A DNA stretch of 64,000 bases from a candidate division WOR-3 bacterium (lineage in GTDB: Bacteria > Hydrothermota > 32-111): contig JBBFKX010000002.1 in the NCBI GenBank assembly GCA_037481815.1, positions 256,001 through 320,000 of the forward strand. The letters run 5' to 3'. The position numbers and the translations under genes are program-made. The notes beneath the pieces were generated by a model. It ran no database searches. It was not told the DNA's origin and saw only the letters and a list, made by a program, of their open reading frames with translations. Positions within the stretch are counted from its first letter, which is position 1. Each line of letters begins with the position of its first letter. Below are positions 41,601 through 50,740 of this stretch, piece by piece.

Positions 41601-42414
41601 ATTTCTTGTTGATCTTTACTTCGAAAAGGATGATTTTGAAAATGCATCAAACTGGTTAAATTTCCTTTATCTTACATCTGAATCTGAAGATTACGATCGT
41701 ATAATCGAAAAAGCAAATCTTATTCTAAGTAAAGATCCAAAAAATCAAAAAATGATATCCCTTCTTTCCCATCTATATTATGATCTGAACAAATTTGATA
41801 AACTTATAGAATTAACGATGGAAATTTATGAGAAAACAACAAAGAATGAAGAAAAGATTAGATATGGAATTCTGCTCGCTCAGGCGTTTAGATTTTTAGG
41901 AAATCAAGAAAAGAAAAATGAAATAATTTCTTTTTTAAAAAATTTGAACATCGACCTGTACTATGAGATAATTCTCCAGATATATGAAGAGGAGAAAAGT
42001 AAAAAAGGATCAAAAATTGAAAAATTGTTCCAAAAGGAAAAATTTGATGATGAGAAACTGATAATAGAATATGCTTTCAATTTATATAAACAACAAAGAT
42101 ATTATGAATCTATAAATGTACTCAACAGAAAGTTTACGGATAAAAATCTTGATTACGAAAGAATTTATATACTTTCTCTTAATTATGAAAAAATTGGAAA
42201 TATAACCTATGCTTTAGAAATAGGGTCAAAACTCAGAGATTCTTCAGAAACAAAACATTTAAACCATTTAATAAATTTGATGAAAAAACTTGGATACTAC
42301 GGCGAAATAGAAGGTATGCTGAGAAATAAAAAAACAGACATTGGATTCTCTTCAGAGTTAACTAAAACAAAATATTATAAAAATCTGTTTTCTGATTACA
42401 GGATTATAATTTAA
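38626..42414 (+). CDS. Large cytoplasmic TPR-repeat protein (1262 aa)
   Basis: Many TPR units (e.g. PYIAIGDLY..KAINYFQKA..IDP); no signal peptide. Confidence 0.85.
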   Translation: MLDLFSSGDPTKIIERSSKLRIEGKHDKAEQLLKKSIKNSKSDFIILLELAKTQFEMGKISESVNTLRSSYYLSPEEINKIINVGEDLHYRATSQKDQTAAVLIEMYIKKRDFESFRKIFDTLSGDEIKNLISYFEKLYLNVKNTKTVDQFNKKDIEICLSMGILYLYNKNFKEAKPILEMIFRTQVKDRDHILSEYISVAKTTYGSPEPYIAIGDLYILINDKDKAINYFQKASSIDPKLKTDISNKIEEHITDTKEISETSKYSIVDLAIEKKDYKKALDIIHEMIKDKNEVTEEIVRRTYQIIQGAPEFVEGYKLLVEIFLLKKEISKIFTNLEKIYELKKEEKDFILNTIDRIEKENMSNEEILLLKAIIFFDNNEFNESAKIIKKVYFENNSYTFDVEKLANKILDKDQKNIDALETICQIFLDKNEVDKLKKICEYLISLNNEEYISIAKKYLQIIYEKNPSDVDIKLNLSIALIKLGKIKESEVMITETLKSNPETFYVIIPQFYNSAKNDKDVATIVLKILKSIDRKKLDPFLYDFSLCEMSYLASDLEFSLGMLKEMFEKFPEKEDDLLELLGRIKDFYPENELVADFEFKLFTDKKDYRKAYESLIKLRKDKTKLGHILDNLYILNKNHPENVSIVESIMEILDEMGFYEKIIKEADILSSILDQQKIGKIKFFLGKAYANKGMVNDAATVLYQAIILDKTLTENTLTILKDLLKYDPFSLRVHYTLSLAYYLNKNIDSAIDELLEIVKIDPNQINIAISELEKWNENIINNPKLNFSLGTLYFETAQYEKGISKMYETFEIDSSYLDSIINLMSNYIEKESENGEILYATGVFYAKKGLYKLASDYLYNAMSIETGLKEKVISQLLFIINQQPDEVDPRFSLAQVYKDMHNYMQAITLLRQIELINPSETENVISYYKEMLVNEPNNTFLLISLADSYLKLNRTTEAVELYSKIIKINKKYIDEIIDRIIEIENKNFEIQLFLVDLYFEKDDFENASNWLNFLYLTSESEDYDRIIEKANLILSKDPKNQKMISLLSHLYYDLNKFDKLIELTMEIYEKTTKNEEKIRYGILLAQAFRFLGNQEKKNEIISFLKNLNIDLYYEIILQIYEEEKSKKGSKIEKLFQKEKFDDEKLIIEYAFNLYKQQRYYESINVLNRKFTDKNLDYERIYILSLNYEKIGNITYALEIGSKLRDSSETKHLNHLINLMKKLGYYGEIEGMLRNKKTDIGFSSELTKTKYYKNLFSDYRIII

Positions 42415-42426
42415 AAAGGAGTATAT

Positions 42427-43461
42427 ATGGAAGATAATCTTCAAAACCAAAATCCAATTGAAGAACAAACTCCAAAAGAAGAAAACATAGAGATTTCTAA
42501 AGAGGAAGTGAATTATTCAAAACCAGATGAAATTGAAAATAAGAAAATTGAAGAACAAAAATCTTTAAACCTTGAAAAAATAGAAGAAGATCTAAAGGAA
42601 TTTTTAAAACAGGTAAAGGATTCAAGTGATTCGGTAACAAACAATTTTAAAGAAACTTTGCTGAGATTTGAAGCGATCAACGAAACGATATCTGTTTTAC
42701 CAGAAATGAAAGAACTTATAAAAAACAATTCCGATGGTTCAAAAGAGCAGATAATGGTCTTGGAATCAAAACTTGAAAATATTTCAAACAATCTTGACAA
42801 TATTGTTAAGTTGATTTCTGAAGAAAAGGACAATATTAAACTTCTTATTGATAATTTTAATGAAAAAAATCAGAACATGTTTACCAAAATGGATTCTTTA
42901 ATTTCAAATCTCGAAAAAATTTCGGAAACGGTTCTGAAAGTAGTTGACTACGAAGAAAATCTTTCAAAAAAAAGGGAAACTGAATTTGCAATGATGCAAG
43001 CTAAAATATACAATGAAAGAGGTCTTCTTCTTTTTTATAGAGGAATTTTCAGCACAGCATTGAATTATTTCCTCAAAGCAAATGAACTAGATCCAACATC
43101 ACCAGAAATTTATAACAATATAGCGCAAACTTATCTAAAACTTGGTAACCAGCAAAAAGCGGAAGAAAACTTTAAAAAAGCGATTGAAATTTTCCCTGAT
43201 TTTGCTGAAGTTTACAACAATCTTGGTTTAATGTATCTATCGAATAACCAATTTGAACTCGCGTCGGAAAATTTCAAAAAAGCCATTGATCTTAATCCGG
43301 ATTTTTCAGAAGCGTATTTAATGCTTGGAAATGCTTTCCATTCTCTGAAGAAATATGATGACGCTGTAAAAAATTGGTCTAAAGCTTTGGAAATAAATCC
43401 ATATCTTGAAGAAGCAAAAGAAAAATTAAAAATCATAAAAGAAGGAGAAATAAATGTCTGA
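42427..43461 (+). CDS. Coiled-coil plus C-terminal TPR protein
   Basis: N-terminal heptads and about four canonical TPRs (EVYNNLG..A...FKKAI.LNP). Confidence 0.85.
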   Translation: MEDNLQNQNPIEEQTPKEENIEISKEEVNYSKPDEIENKKIEEQKSLNLEKIEEDLKEFLKQVKDSSDSVTNNFKETLLRFEAINETISVLPEMKELIKNNSDGSKEQIMVLESKLENISNNLDNIVKLISEEKDNIKLLIDNFNEKNQNMFTKMDSLISNLEKISETVLKVVDYEENLSKKRETEFAMMQAKIYNERGLLLFYRGIFSTALNYFLKANELDPTSPEIYNNIAQTYLKLGNQQKAEENFKKAIEIFPDFAEVYNNLGLMYLSNNQFELASENFKKAIDLNPDFSEAYLMLGNAFHSLKKYDDAVKNWSKALEINPYLEEAKEKLKIIKEGEINV

Positions 43462-43915
43462 AGATTTTTTAAAAAGAATATCAACAAACAAAGAGAATGA
43501 AAAAGATAATCCATTTGCGAAACTTTTCCAAGAAAAAAAGGAAAAAGTGATTCCAAAAGTTGAAGAGAAAAAAGAGGAAGGAATTTCGGGAATAGAAAAT
43601 CTGGGAACATCACCGACTTCAAAAAATGAAGGTGAAATGTTTTCGGAAACAGAAAATATTGAAAAAGATGATTCAAAATTACCATCAAAAGATATTTCCA
43701 AGGAAAATATTTTTGAAAAAAAGGAAGAGAAAGTTGACGATAGTTCTACATTTCTATTCAATACCACTTCTTCAACACAGGACTTAACTTTTGATGATTT
43801 AACAGCGGAAAGTACCATTAATGATCAAAAGAAAATTGAACATGTCGTTGAACTTTTAGAAAAAGGTTTGATAGATGAATCTATTGAATTCATAAAACAG
43901 AACTTCAAAAAGTAG
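43454..43915 (+). CDS. Hypothetical acidic low-complexity protein
   Basis: 153 aa, E/K/S-rich; SD GAAGGAG; overlaps the upstream stop. Confidence 0.65.
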   Translation: MSEDFLKRISTNKENEKDNPFAKLFQEKKEKVIPKVEEKKEEGISGIENLGTSPTSKNEGEMFSETENIEKDDSKLPSKDISKENIFEKKEEKVDDSSTFLFNTTSSTQDLTFDDLTAESTINDQKKIEHVVELLEKGLIDESIEFIKQNFKK

Positions 43916-43920
43916 GTAAT

Positions 43921-44457
43921 ATGTCTAAAAAAACATTAATATTGAATGAAAACGATATTTCAAAAATTATAGATAGGATGGCCAATCAAATAATAGAAAA
44001 CGAAAAAAATTTAGAAAATGTTGCATTTATAGGCATAATCAAAAGAGGAGACATTATAGCAAAAAGAGTCGCTGAAAAAATTTTTAAGAAAAAGAATTTC
44101 AACATACAGATTGGGAAAATTGATATAAATCTTTACAGAGACGATCTTTCTTTAATCGATCATCAACCATTGGTGAGATCAACAGAAGTTCTATTTGATA
44201 TAAATGAAAAAGTGATATATCTTTTCGATGATGTTTTTTTTACAGGAAGGACGATAAGGAGTGCACTTGTAGAAATTCTTGATATTGGAAGACCAAAGAT
44301 GATAAAACTTTTTGTTCTTATAGACAGAAAATCTCGTGAACTTCCAATAAGACCTGATTTCTCAGGAATAGAGATAGAGATACCTAAAAAGGATAACATA
44401 AATGTCTTTTTAAAAGAACTCGATGGTAAAGATTGTGTTGAAAAGGAGGAAATTTGA
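43921..44457 (+). CDS. pyrR: PyrR-family uracil phosphoribosyltransferase/regulator
   Basis: GII.RG, IDINLYRDD, DDVFFTGRT, GRP, RELPIRPD. Confidence 0.93.
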   Translation: MSKKTLILNENDISKIIDRMANQIIENEKNLENVAFIGIIKRGDIIAKRVAEKIFKKKNFNIQIGKIDINLYRDDLSLIDHQPLVRSTEVLFDINEKVIYLFDDVFFTGRTIRSALVEILDIGRPKMIKLFVLIDRKSRELPIRPDFSGIEIEIPKKDNINVFLKELDGKDCVEKEEI

Positions 44458-45380
44458 ACTGGACAAAAAAACATCTGTTATCTATAGAAGAACTAACAAA
44501 GCAAGAGATAGATTTTATAATTGAAAATGGTTTTTCCTTCAAAGATATACTTTTAAGACCTATAAAAAAAGTGCCAGCATTGAGAGGGAAAACGGTAGTG
44601 AATCTTTTTTTTGAGCCAAGCACAAGAACACTTGTTTCATTTTCACTCGCTGAAAAACATCTTTCAGCTGATTCTGTAAACGTATCGACAAAAACTTCAT
44701 CGGTTATGAAAGGGGAATCACTTCTTGATACTGCAAAGAACATAGAATCAATGAAAACGGATATGGTTGTTATAAGACACAGTTCTCCAGGAGCAGCTAA
44801 ATTCTTATCAGAAAGAATCAATTCAAATGTTATCAATGCTGGAGATGGAACACATGAGCATCCAACTCAGGCATTACTCGATTTTATGACGATTAAAGAG
44901 ATCTATAAAGATTTCAAAAATTTAAAAGTTTTGATACTTGGGGATATTCTCCATTCGAGAGTTGCACGATCACTTCTATGGGGTTTTTCAAAATATGGTT
45001 CAAAGGTAACACTCTGTGCACCTCCAACACTTATGCCTTTATATTTGAACGATTTTGATGTGACAATAGAATATGATATCGATAAAGCTATCCTGGATAA
45101 AGATGTGATTTACATTTTGAGAATGCAACTTGAAAGACAGGAGAAAGGATTATTCCCATCTTTAAGAGAATATGTTAAAGAATACTCAATGACCTATGAA
45201 AGATACTTAAGAATAAAAGACAGAAGCATAATAATGCATCCTGGACCTATCAATAGAGGCGTTGAACTCGATGGAAACGTTGCTGATAGTGAAAAATCTG
45301 TTATCCTTGATCAGGTTACAAATGGAGTTGCTATAAGAATGGCAATATTATATTTACTCAATGGAGGAAAGAATGAATAA
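44454..45380 (+). CDS. pyrB: Aspartate carbamoyltransferase catalytic subunit
   Basis: FFEPSTRT, NAGDG.HEHPTQ, HSRVARS, MHPGP.NRG; TTG start with SD AGGAGG. Confidence 0.96.
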   Translation: MNWTKKHLLSIEELTKQEIDFIIENGFSFKDILLRPIKKVPALRGKTVVNLFFEPSTRTLVSFSLAEKHLSADSVNVSTKTSSVMKGESLLDTAKNIESMKTDMVVIRHSSPGAAKFLSERINSNVINAGDGTHEHPTQALLDFMTIKEIYKDFKNLKVLILGDILHSRVARSLLWGFSKYGSKVTLCAPPTLMPLYLNDFDVTIEYDIDKAILDKDVIYILRMQLERQEKGLFPSLREYVKEYSMTYERYLRIKDRSIIMHPGPINRGVELDGNVADSEKSVILDQVTNGVAIRMAILYLLNGGKNE

Positions 45381-46644
45381 TCTTGTTTTAAAAAATTGTA
45401 ATATAGTCAATTATGATAAAATAGATAAAAATAAAACAGTTGTAATAAAAAATGGGATAATCACTTCAATTGAAAATGGAAACAAGCAGGAAGGTATAGA
45501 TTTAAAAGGTAAATATCTTCTTCCATCTTTCGTTGATCTTCATTCTCATTTGCGAGAACCGGGTGAAGAGTTCAAAGAGGATATATTCACAGGTTGTGAA
45601 GCAGCTCTGAGTGGTGGTTATACTTCAATAGTAATTATGCCAAACACAAAACCCCCAATCGATAACCCACAATCGATAACATATATTAAAAAAAGAGAGC
45701 AGGAGTTTGGAAGAATAGAAATTTATCCTCTTGGGGCTTTAACTAAAAATATGGAGTCGATAGAAATAACAGAAATGTATGATATGCTAAAATCTGGTGC
45801 TAAGGGTTTTTCCGATGATGGATCAGGAACTAAAAATTCAAGAGTGTTTCTTAACGCCTTAAGATACATTTCAAGATTTGATACTTTTGTTTCAGTACAC
45901 TGTGAAGATAAAAATCTTACTGAAGGTGGACAGATAAACGAATCTGATGTTTCAATCAAAACAGGTCTTTCAGGAATCCCATGTATAGAAGAGGATATAA
46001 TGGTTTATAGAAATCTAAAAATTGCAACATATTTAAAAACTGGTCTTCATATAGCACATATTTCAACAAAAGATACATTATCTTTGATTAAAGATTTTAA
46101 AAAGAAAAACAAAAAAATCACTTGTGAAGTCACTCCTCACCATCTGATTTTTGATGAAAGCGTCCATTTCATGTATGATACCAATTTCAAAGTAAAACCA
46201 TCTTTAAAATCAAAAACCGATGTCGAATTTTTGATAAAAGGGATAAACGATGGGCATATAGATGCGATAGCAACAGATCATGCTCCACATCAGGTATATG
46301 AAAAGGAAGTTGAGTTTATCTATGCACCCTTTGGAATAATAGGATTTGAAACATCATTTCCATCTTTATATACAAACCTTGTTTTAAAAAATAAAACTGA
46401 TTTAAAAACAATTGTAAAACTTTTAGCATACAATCCTGCAAAGATTTTAAATATAGATGAAAGGTATATCAAAACGGGTAATGTTGCTAACCTTACTGTG
46501 GTCGATTTAGATAAAGAGATTACAGTAGATAGAAAATTTATCAGATCAAAATCGATAAATACTCCATTTTTTAATAAAAAATTGTTTGGCAGCGTTGAGA
46601 TGACAATACTAAAAGGTCGAATAGTTTTTCGGAGAAATGAGTAA
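45373..46644 (+). CDS. pyrC: Dihydroorotase (type I)
   Basis: DLHSHLREPG, MPNT, HCED, HIAHIS, EVTPHH, ATDHAPH; start at ATG 45373 after GGAGG. Confidence 0.94.
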   Translation: MNNLVLKNCNIVNYDKIDKNKTVVIKNGIITSIENGNKQEGIDLKGKYLLPSFVDLHSHLREPGEEFKEDIFTGCEAALSGGYTSIVIMPNTKPPIDNPQSITYIKKREQEFGRIEIYPLGALTKNMESIEITEMYDMLKSGAKGFSDDGSGTKNSRVFLNALRYISRFDTFVSVHCEDKNLTEGGQINESDVSIKTGLSGIPCIEEDIMVYRNLKIATYLKTGLHIAHISTKDTLSLIKDFKKKNKKITCEVTPHHLIFDESVHFMYDTNFKVKPSLKSKTDVEFLIKGINDGHIDAIATDHAPHQVYEKEVEFIYAPFGIIGFETSFPSLYTNLVLKNKTDLKTIVKLLAYNPAKILNIDERYIKTGNVANLTVVDLDKEITVDRKFIRSKSINTPFFNKKLFGSVEMTILKGRIVFRRNE

Positions 46645-49202
46645 TGGGTTTGAAAACAGAATATAAAGATCTGTTCTTAATCACATTTAATCAGTCAAAA
46701 TTTGTATCAAATATTGACGAAAATTTAAGTCAGAAACAAAAATATCAAGAAAATATTCAAAGGGTTTTAGTCCTGTTAAAAAATCGAAACATTAATCTTT
46801 CACAGATACAGGTTTTCATTGATAACACATCGTATGGAAAAATCTTTATATTCATTCCTTTTGATCAGTTTGAAATGTTACAGTCACTGTTCAAACTATA
46901 CATATTAAACTCTATAGATAAAAATGAGATTTCACAGCAGATAAAAAAATTTTATAAAAATGTTATCGAAGCAAACCAGAATTTTTCTCTTTTGTTTGAA
47001 CTCGTAATGCTAAAAATTTTTTTCAATGTATTTCAAACTCATAAAGAAAACCTTGATCATAATGAAACTCTTTTTGAAGAAAAACTCAATGGAATAAGAG
47101 AAATTGTAAAAGATGTGAGGAATGAACTCTATTCCACAAACATTTTTAACAGAGAATTTCAAACAAAAATTTTCGATAATTTAAAATTTACGAAGAACTC
47201 TATATTCAATAGAGATCTTGAAATCGAAAGAGAAAGTTTTTTTAACGAATATGGTTTTTCGCTCAATACCTTTATCAATCTACTAAAAATGTTCAACACG
47301 GCAGCAAGTCTCGAAAAAGAGTTGGAAATAATCGAATACTATGAAAACAGAACTATTTGGTCTATAGACGATATAATAAAGCCAGATAATATTATCTACT
47401 TACCTTTTTTAAGAGATGAATTAAAAGATATAATAACAAAATCGATAATCAAAAAATCCAAACAAACTAAAGAATTTTTACTCAAAGAAAAGGAGGATCT
47501 TGAAAAACAACTTGATCAGATAAAAAACGATATGGTCGATATTTTAGAAAATTTTTCTTCGAATATAAAAAAGGAAACCATAGATTCTATAAAATACCCA
47601 GTAAACCCAACTGTAACAAATAAAATTAACAGTTTTATTATTGATTTTAACAGAAGTGTAATGGGAAATATTTTACAGGCGAACAAACTGACAGAAAGAT
47701 GGAACAATTTTCAAAAAAAAATGGTAAAAAATGAAAATCTTAGAAACCTCTCATTCGAACAATATATAGAGTTTTTAAAAAATGAGGGTACATTAGATAA
47801 AAATGATATTATTCTTTCTATTTTAATATATTTTGATTACTCAAAAGATTTTGAAAACTTTTTTGAAAAATTTAAACCACAGATAATTAAAGTTGTAAAA
47901 AATTCTTTTGAAGAGTTAAAAAAAGAATACAATGAAAAAAAGAACAGTATTGTTCAAAAAGAGATCAATTTCATTTCAGATCTTTTTATTGAATCGAAAT
48001 TTCAAAAAAAATTCAACTTTGAACTTTTAAAAACAAAATTTTTGCAGATCGTTGAAAATTTGATTGATAAATTTATTGTTTCGATTCTCTTTGATTCTTT
48101 CACAATTTTCAATTTAGAATTTACAAGTCAGGAAAATAAGCAAGAACTTCTAAATTTCAATCTTTCTGTAAACCTTTTACCTTTCAATAGGGTTATCTAT
48201 ATTTCCAATACAGAAAAAAGTATTTCTCAGAGATTTTTAGATACGGATGTGGAACAATTAAAAAACATTATAAAAAAGAATTATTCAAAACTGGTTAGTG
48301 TTCTTGTTTACGATATCAGGGGATCATCCTACATGAGTTCAAAATTGAATAATGCTGAAAAACAAAAATTTATTATGAAAAAATTTCAACACATCATAAA
48401 TAACACTATAAAAAACAATTTCGGATTACCTTTAAAAGAAACCGGTGATGGGGGTATTGCAATATTTTGTTCAAATTCAAAAGAAATCTATAGAACACTC
48501 TTCAAAGAATCGGTTTCATCAAAAAATGTTCTTATAAGACATTCTATAGCAACAGGTTCAGATCTCATAATTAAAGAATCTTCGACCTCATCAATAGAAT
48601 CATTAAAATGTTCACTTAAACTCATAGAAAATGCCGAACAGTTCATCAAAGATAATTACATGAATTACAGAGAGTGGTTTTTCGATGTTCACGAAAAAAA
48701 ATTGATCCATGAAGGTATAGAGTATGCCTTACTTCCACCAGAATTCAAATCTCTGTTTAGAGTTGGTGTTGGAATAGCGAGTGGTATAGTTAACAGAGAT
48801 GTCAATATTTCAATAAATGCCTTTGGGGATATAGATATATACGGTGTAACAATAAATGAAGCAAAAATACTTTCAGGCGGTAAAGATCCATCATCATCGA
48901 TAATATTAATAGATCATTTTACACTATTTTCAACAATACTCAATTCGAATTATATAGAAACAAAAATTCAAGAAAATCTTTCACAAAAAGAAAATTATTT
49001 AAAAAATCTTTTTGATCTTAGAAAAAGTTTTCTTGTTGAAAATTTTAAAATCAAGTATTACGGTATATACTATCCTTTAAAGAAAAATAAAGATCAAGTT
49101 ATAGAAACAAATGTTGACATCAATGATATCTTTATTGAAGATAATGGAAAAATATTCTATAATGATGAAGAAATAAAAATATTATATCAAGTAGAGATAT
49201 AA
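46644..49202 (+). CDS. Soluble protein with a divergent C-terminal class III nucleotidyl cyclase domain
   Basis: VLVYDIRGSS, KETGDG, RVGVGIASG, DIDIYGVTINEAK, IILID; long helical N-terminus with no TM. Confidence 0.72.
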   Translation: MGLKTEYKDLFLITFNQSKFVSNIDENLSQKQKYQENIQRVLVLLKNRNINLSQIQVFIDNTSYGKIFIFIPFDQFEMLQSLFKLYILNSIDKNEISQQIKKFYKNVIEANQNFSLLFELVMLKIFFNVFQTHKENLDHNETLFEEKLNGIREIVKDVRNELYSTNIFNREFQTKIFDNLKFTKNSIFNRDLEIERESFFNEYGFSLNTFINLLKMFNTAASLEKELEIIEYYENRTIWSIDDIIKPDNIIYLPFLRDELKDIITKSIIKKSKQTKEFLLKEKEDLEKQLDQIKNDMVDILENFSSNIKKETIDSIKYPVNPTVTNKINSFIIDFNRSVMGNILQANKLTERWNNFQKKMVKNENLRNLSFEQYIEFLKNEGTLDKNDIILSILIYFDYSKDFENFFEKFKPQIIKVVKNSFEELKKEYNEKKNSIVQKEINFISDLFIESKFQKKFNFELLKTKFLQIVENLIDKFIVSILFDSFTIFNLEFTSQENKQELLNFNLSVNLLPFNRVIYISNTEKSISQRFLDTDVEQLKNIIKKNYSKLVSVLVYDIRGSSYMSSKLNNAEKQKFIMKKFQHIINNTIKNNFGLPLKETGDGGIAIFCSNSKEIYRTLFKESVSSKNVLIRHSIATGSDLIIKESSTSSIESLKCSLKLIENAEQFIKDNYMNYREWFFDVHEKKLIHEGIEYALLPPEFKSLFRVGVGIASGIVNRDVNISINAFGDIDIYGVTINEAKILSGGKDPSSSIILIDHFTLFSTILNSNYIETKIQENLSQKENYLKNLFDLRKSFLVENFKIKYYGIYYPLKKNKDQVIETNVDINDIFIEDNGKIFYNDEEIKILYQVEI

Positions 49203-49418
49203 CTATTTTTCTTTCTTATCGCTTTTTCCAAACTTTTTCATGTATTTGTCAACCCTTCCAGCTGTATCAACAAATTTCTGCTTTCCAGTAAAGAATGGGT
49301 GACATTTTGAACATATTTCAACTTTTATCAATTTTTTTGTTGCTCTTGTCTTTATCTGGTTTCCACAAGCACATTGTATAGTTGCATCAACATATTCTGG
49401 ATGTATTCCTTTTTTCAT
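49203..49418 (-). CDS. rpmE: 50S ribosomal protein L31 (Zn-binding type)
   Basis: [35 protein letters not shown]. Confidence 0.97.
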   Translation of the reverse strand: MKKGIHPEYVDATIQCACGNQIKTRATKKLIKVEICSKCHPFFTGKQKFVDTAGRVDKYMKKFGKSDKKEK

Positions 49419-49426
49419 TGTTCCTC

Positions 49427-50674
49427 CTATTCAGTCATCACTTTCAAAAATTCCTGATTGTTTTTAGTTGCTGACATTCTGTTTATTAAAAATTCCATAG
49501 CTTCAACCGGATTCATTTCACTTAGAAGTTTTCTTAAAACCCAAACTCTTGATAATTCAAATTCTGTTAAAAGAAGGTTCTCTTTTCTCGTTCCCGATTT
49601 ATTCACATCTATAGCAGGGAAAATTCTTCTGTCTGCGAGTTTCCTGTCGAGTACAAGTTCCATATTTCCCGTACCTTTAAACTCTTCAAAAATTACCTCA
49701 TCCATTCTGGATCCTGTCTCTATCAAAGCTGTTGCTATTATAGTTAAGCTTCCTCCATTTTCAATATTTCTTGCGGCTCCAAAGAATCTTTTTGGTTTAT
49801 GTAAAGCGTTCGAATCAACTCCACCAGACAAAGTTCTTCCACTATGTGGAGTTACCACGTTGTATGCTCGTGCAAGTCTTGTTATTGAATCAAGTAAAAT
49901 CACAACATCATATTTCTGCTCAACCAATCTTTTCGCCCTTTCTATAACTATTTGTGCAACCTGAACATGTCTATCCGCTGGTTCATCGAATGTGGAAGAG
50001 ATAACCTCTCCCTTAACAGACCTTTCCATATCTGTAACTTCTTCAGGTCTTTCGTCGATAAGTAAAACTATAAGTTTAATTTCAGGATGGTTTTCAGATA
50101 TCGCATTGGCTATCTTCTGTAAAATTATTGTTTTACCTGCCCTTGGAGGTGACACTATCAAAGATCTTTGTCCCTTTCCAATCGGTGTTAGCAAGTTGAT
50201 TATTCTCAAAGAAAGATCGTTACTTTTTGTTTCAAGATTTATTTTTTCATCTGGATAAAGAGGTGTTAAATTATCAAAGAGAATCCTTTTTCTTGATTCT
50301 TCATAAGGAACATAATTTATTGTTTCAATCTTCAATAGAGCAAAATATTTTTCGTTATCTTTTGGAGGTCTAATTTGTCCATAAATCGTGTCACCAGTTT
50401 CGAGTCCAAATTTTTTTATCTGTGATGGTGAAACATAAATATCCATCGGACCGGGAGTGTATGAATATTCTGGTTGTCTTAAAAAGCCAAAACCCTCCGA
50501 GGAAATTTCAAGAACTCCTTCCCCATAGATGTTACCATTAAGTTCAGATTGTTTTTCAAGTATTTTGAAGATGAGTTCCTGTTTTTTCAGGGTACTTACA
50601 TTTTCAATTTCAAAACTTTTGGCAAGGTCTATCAATTCGTTAAAAGTTTTATTTTTTAAATCATCAATTTTCAT
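49427..50674 (-). CDS. rho: Transcription termination factor Rho
   Basis: [55 protein letters not shown]; start at ATG 50674. Confidence 0.97.
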   Translation of the reverse strand: MKIDDLKNKTFNELIDLAKSFEIENVSTLKKQELIFKILEKQSELNGNIYGEGVLEISSEGFGFLRQPEYSYTPGPMDIYVSPSQIKKFGLETGDTIYGQIRPPKDNEKYFALLKIETINYVPYEESRKRILFDNLTPLYPDEKINLETKSNDLSLRIINLLTPIGKGQRSLIVSPPRAGKTIILQKIANAISENHPEIKLIVLLIDERPEEVTDMERSVKGEVISSTFDEPADRHVQVAQIVIERAKRLVEQKYDVVILLDSITRLARAYNVVTPHSGRTLSGGVDSNALHKPKRFFGAARNIENGGSLTIIATALIETGSRMDEVIFEEFKGTGNMELVLDRKLADRRIFPAIDVNKSGTRKENLLLTEFELSRVWVLRKLLSEMNPVEAMEFLINRMSATKNNQEFLKVMTE

Positions 50675-50709
50675 AAACTCTTCTTTTTTAGGGGTTAAAA
50701 TGAACAATT

Positions 50710-50737
50710 ATTATAAATCTTTTTTCAAGAAAGTCAA
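50710..50737 (-). promoter_or_regulatory. Sigma70-type promoter for rho-rpmE
   Basis: Minus strand reads TTGACT-16 nt-TATAAT. Confidence 0.65.
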
Positions 50738-50740
50738 GGT

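Noticed and set aside
46644..49202. Pycsar/CBASS-type defence system
   Set aside because: There is no adjacent TM/TIR effector, the context is housekeeping, and the adenine-specifying Lys/Asp are retained. It is kept only as an unusual cyclase.
50675..50707. TTG-initiated N-terminal extension of Rho
   Set aside because: The TTG is only 2 nt from the predicted -10 element, so it would lie upstream of the transcription start.
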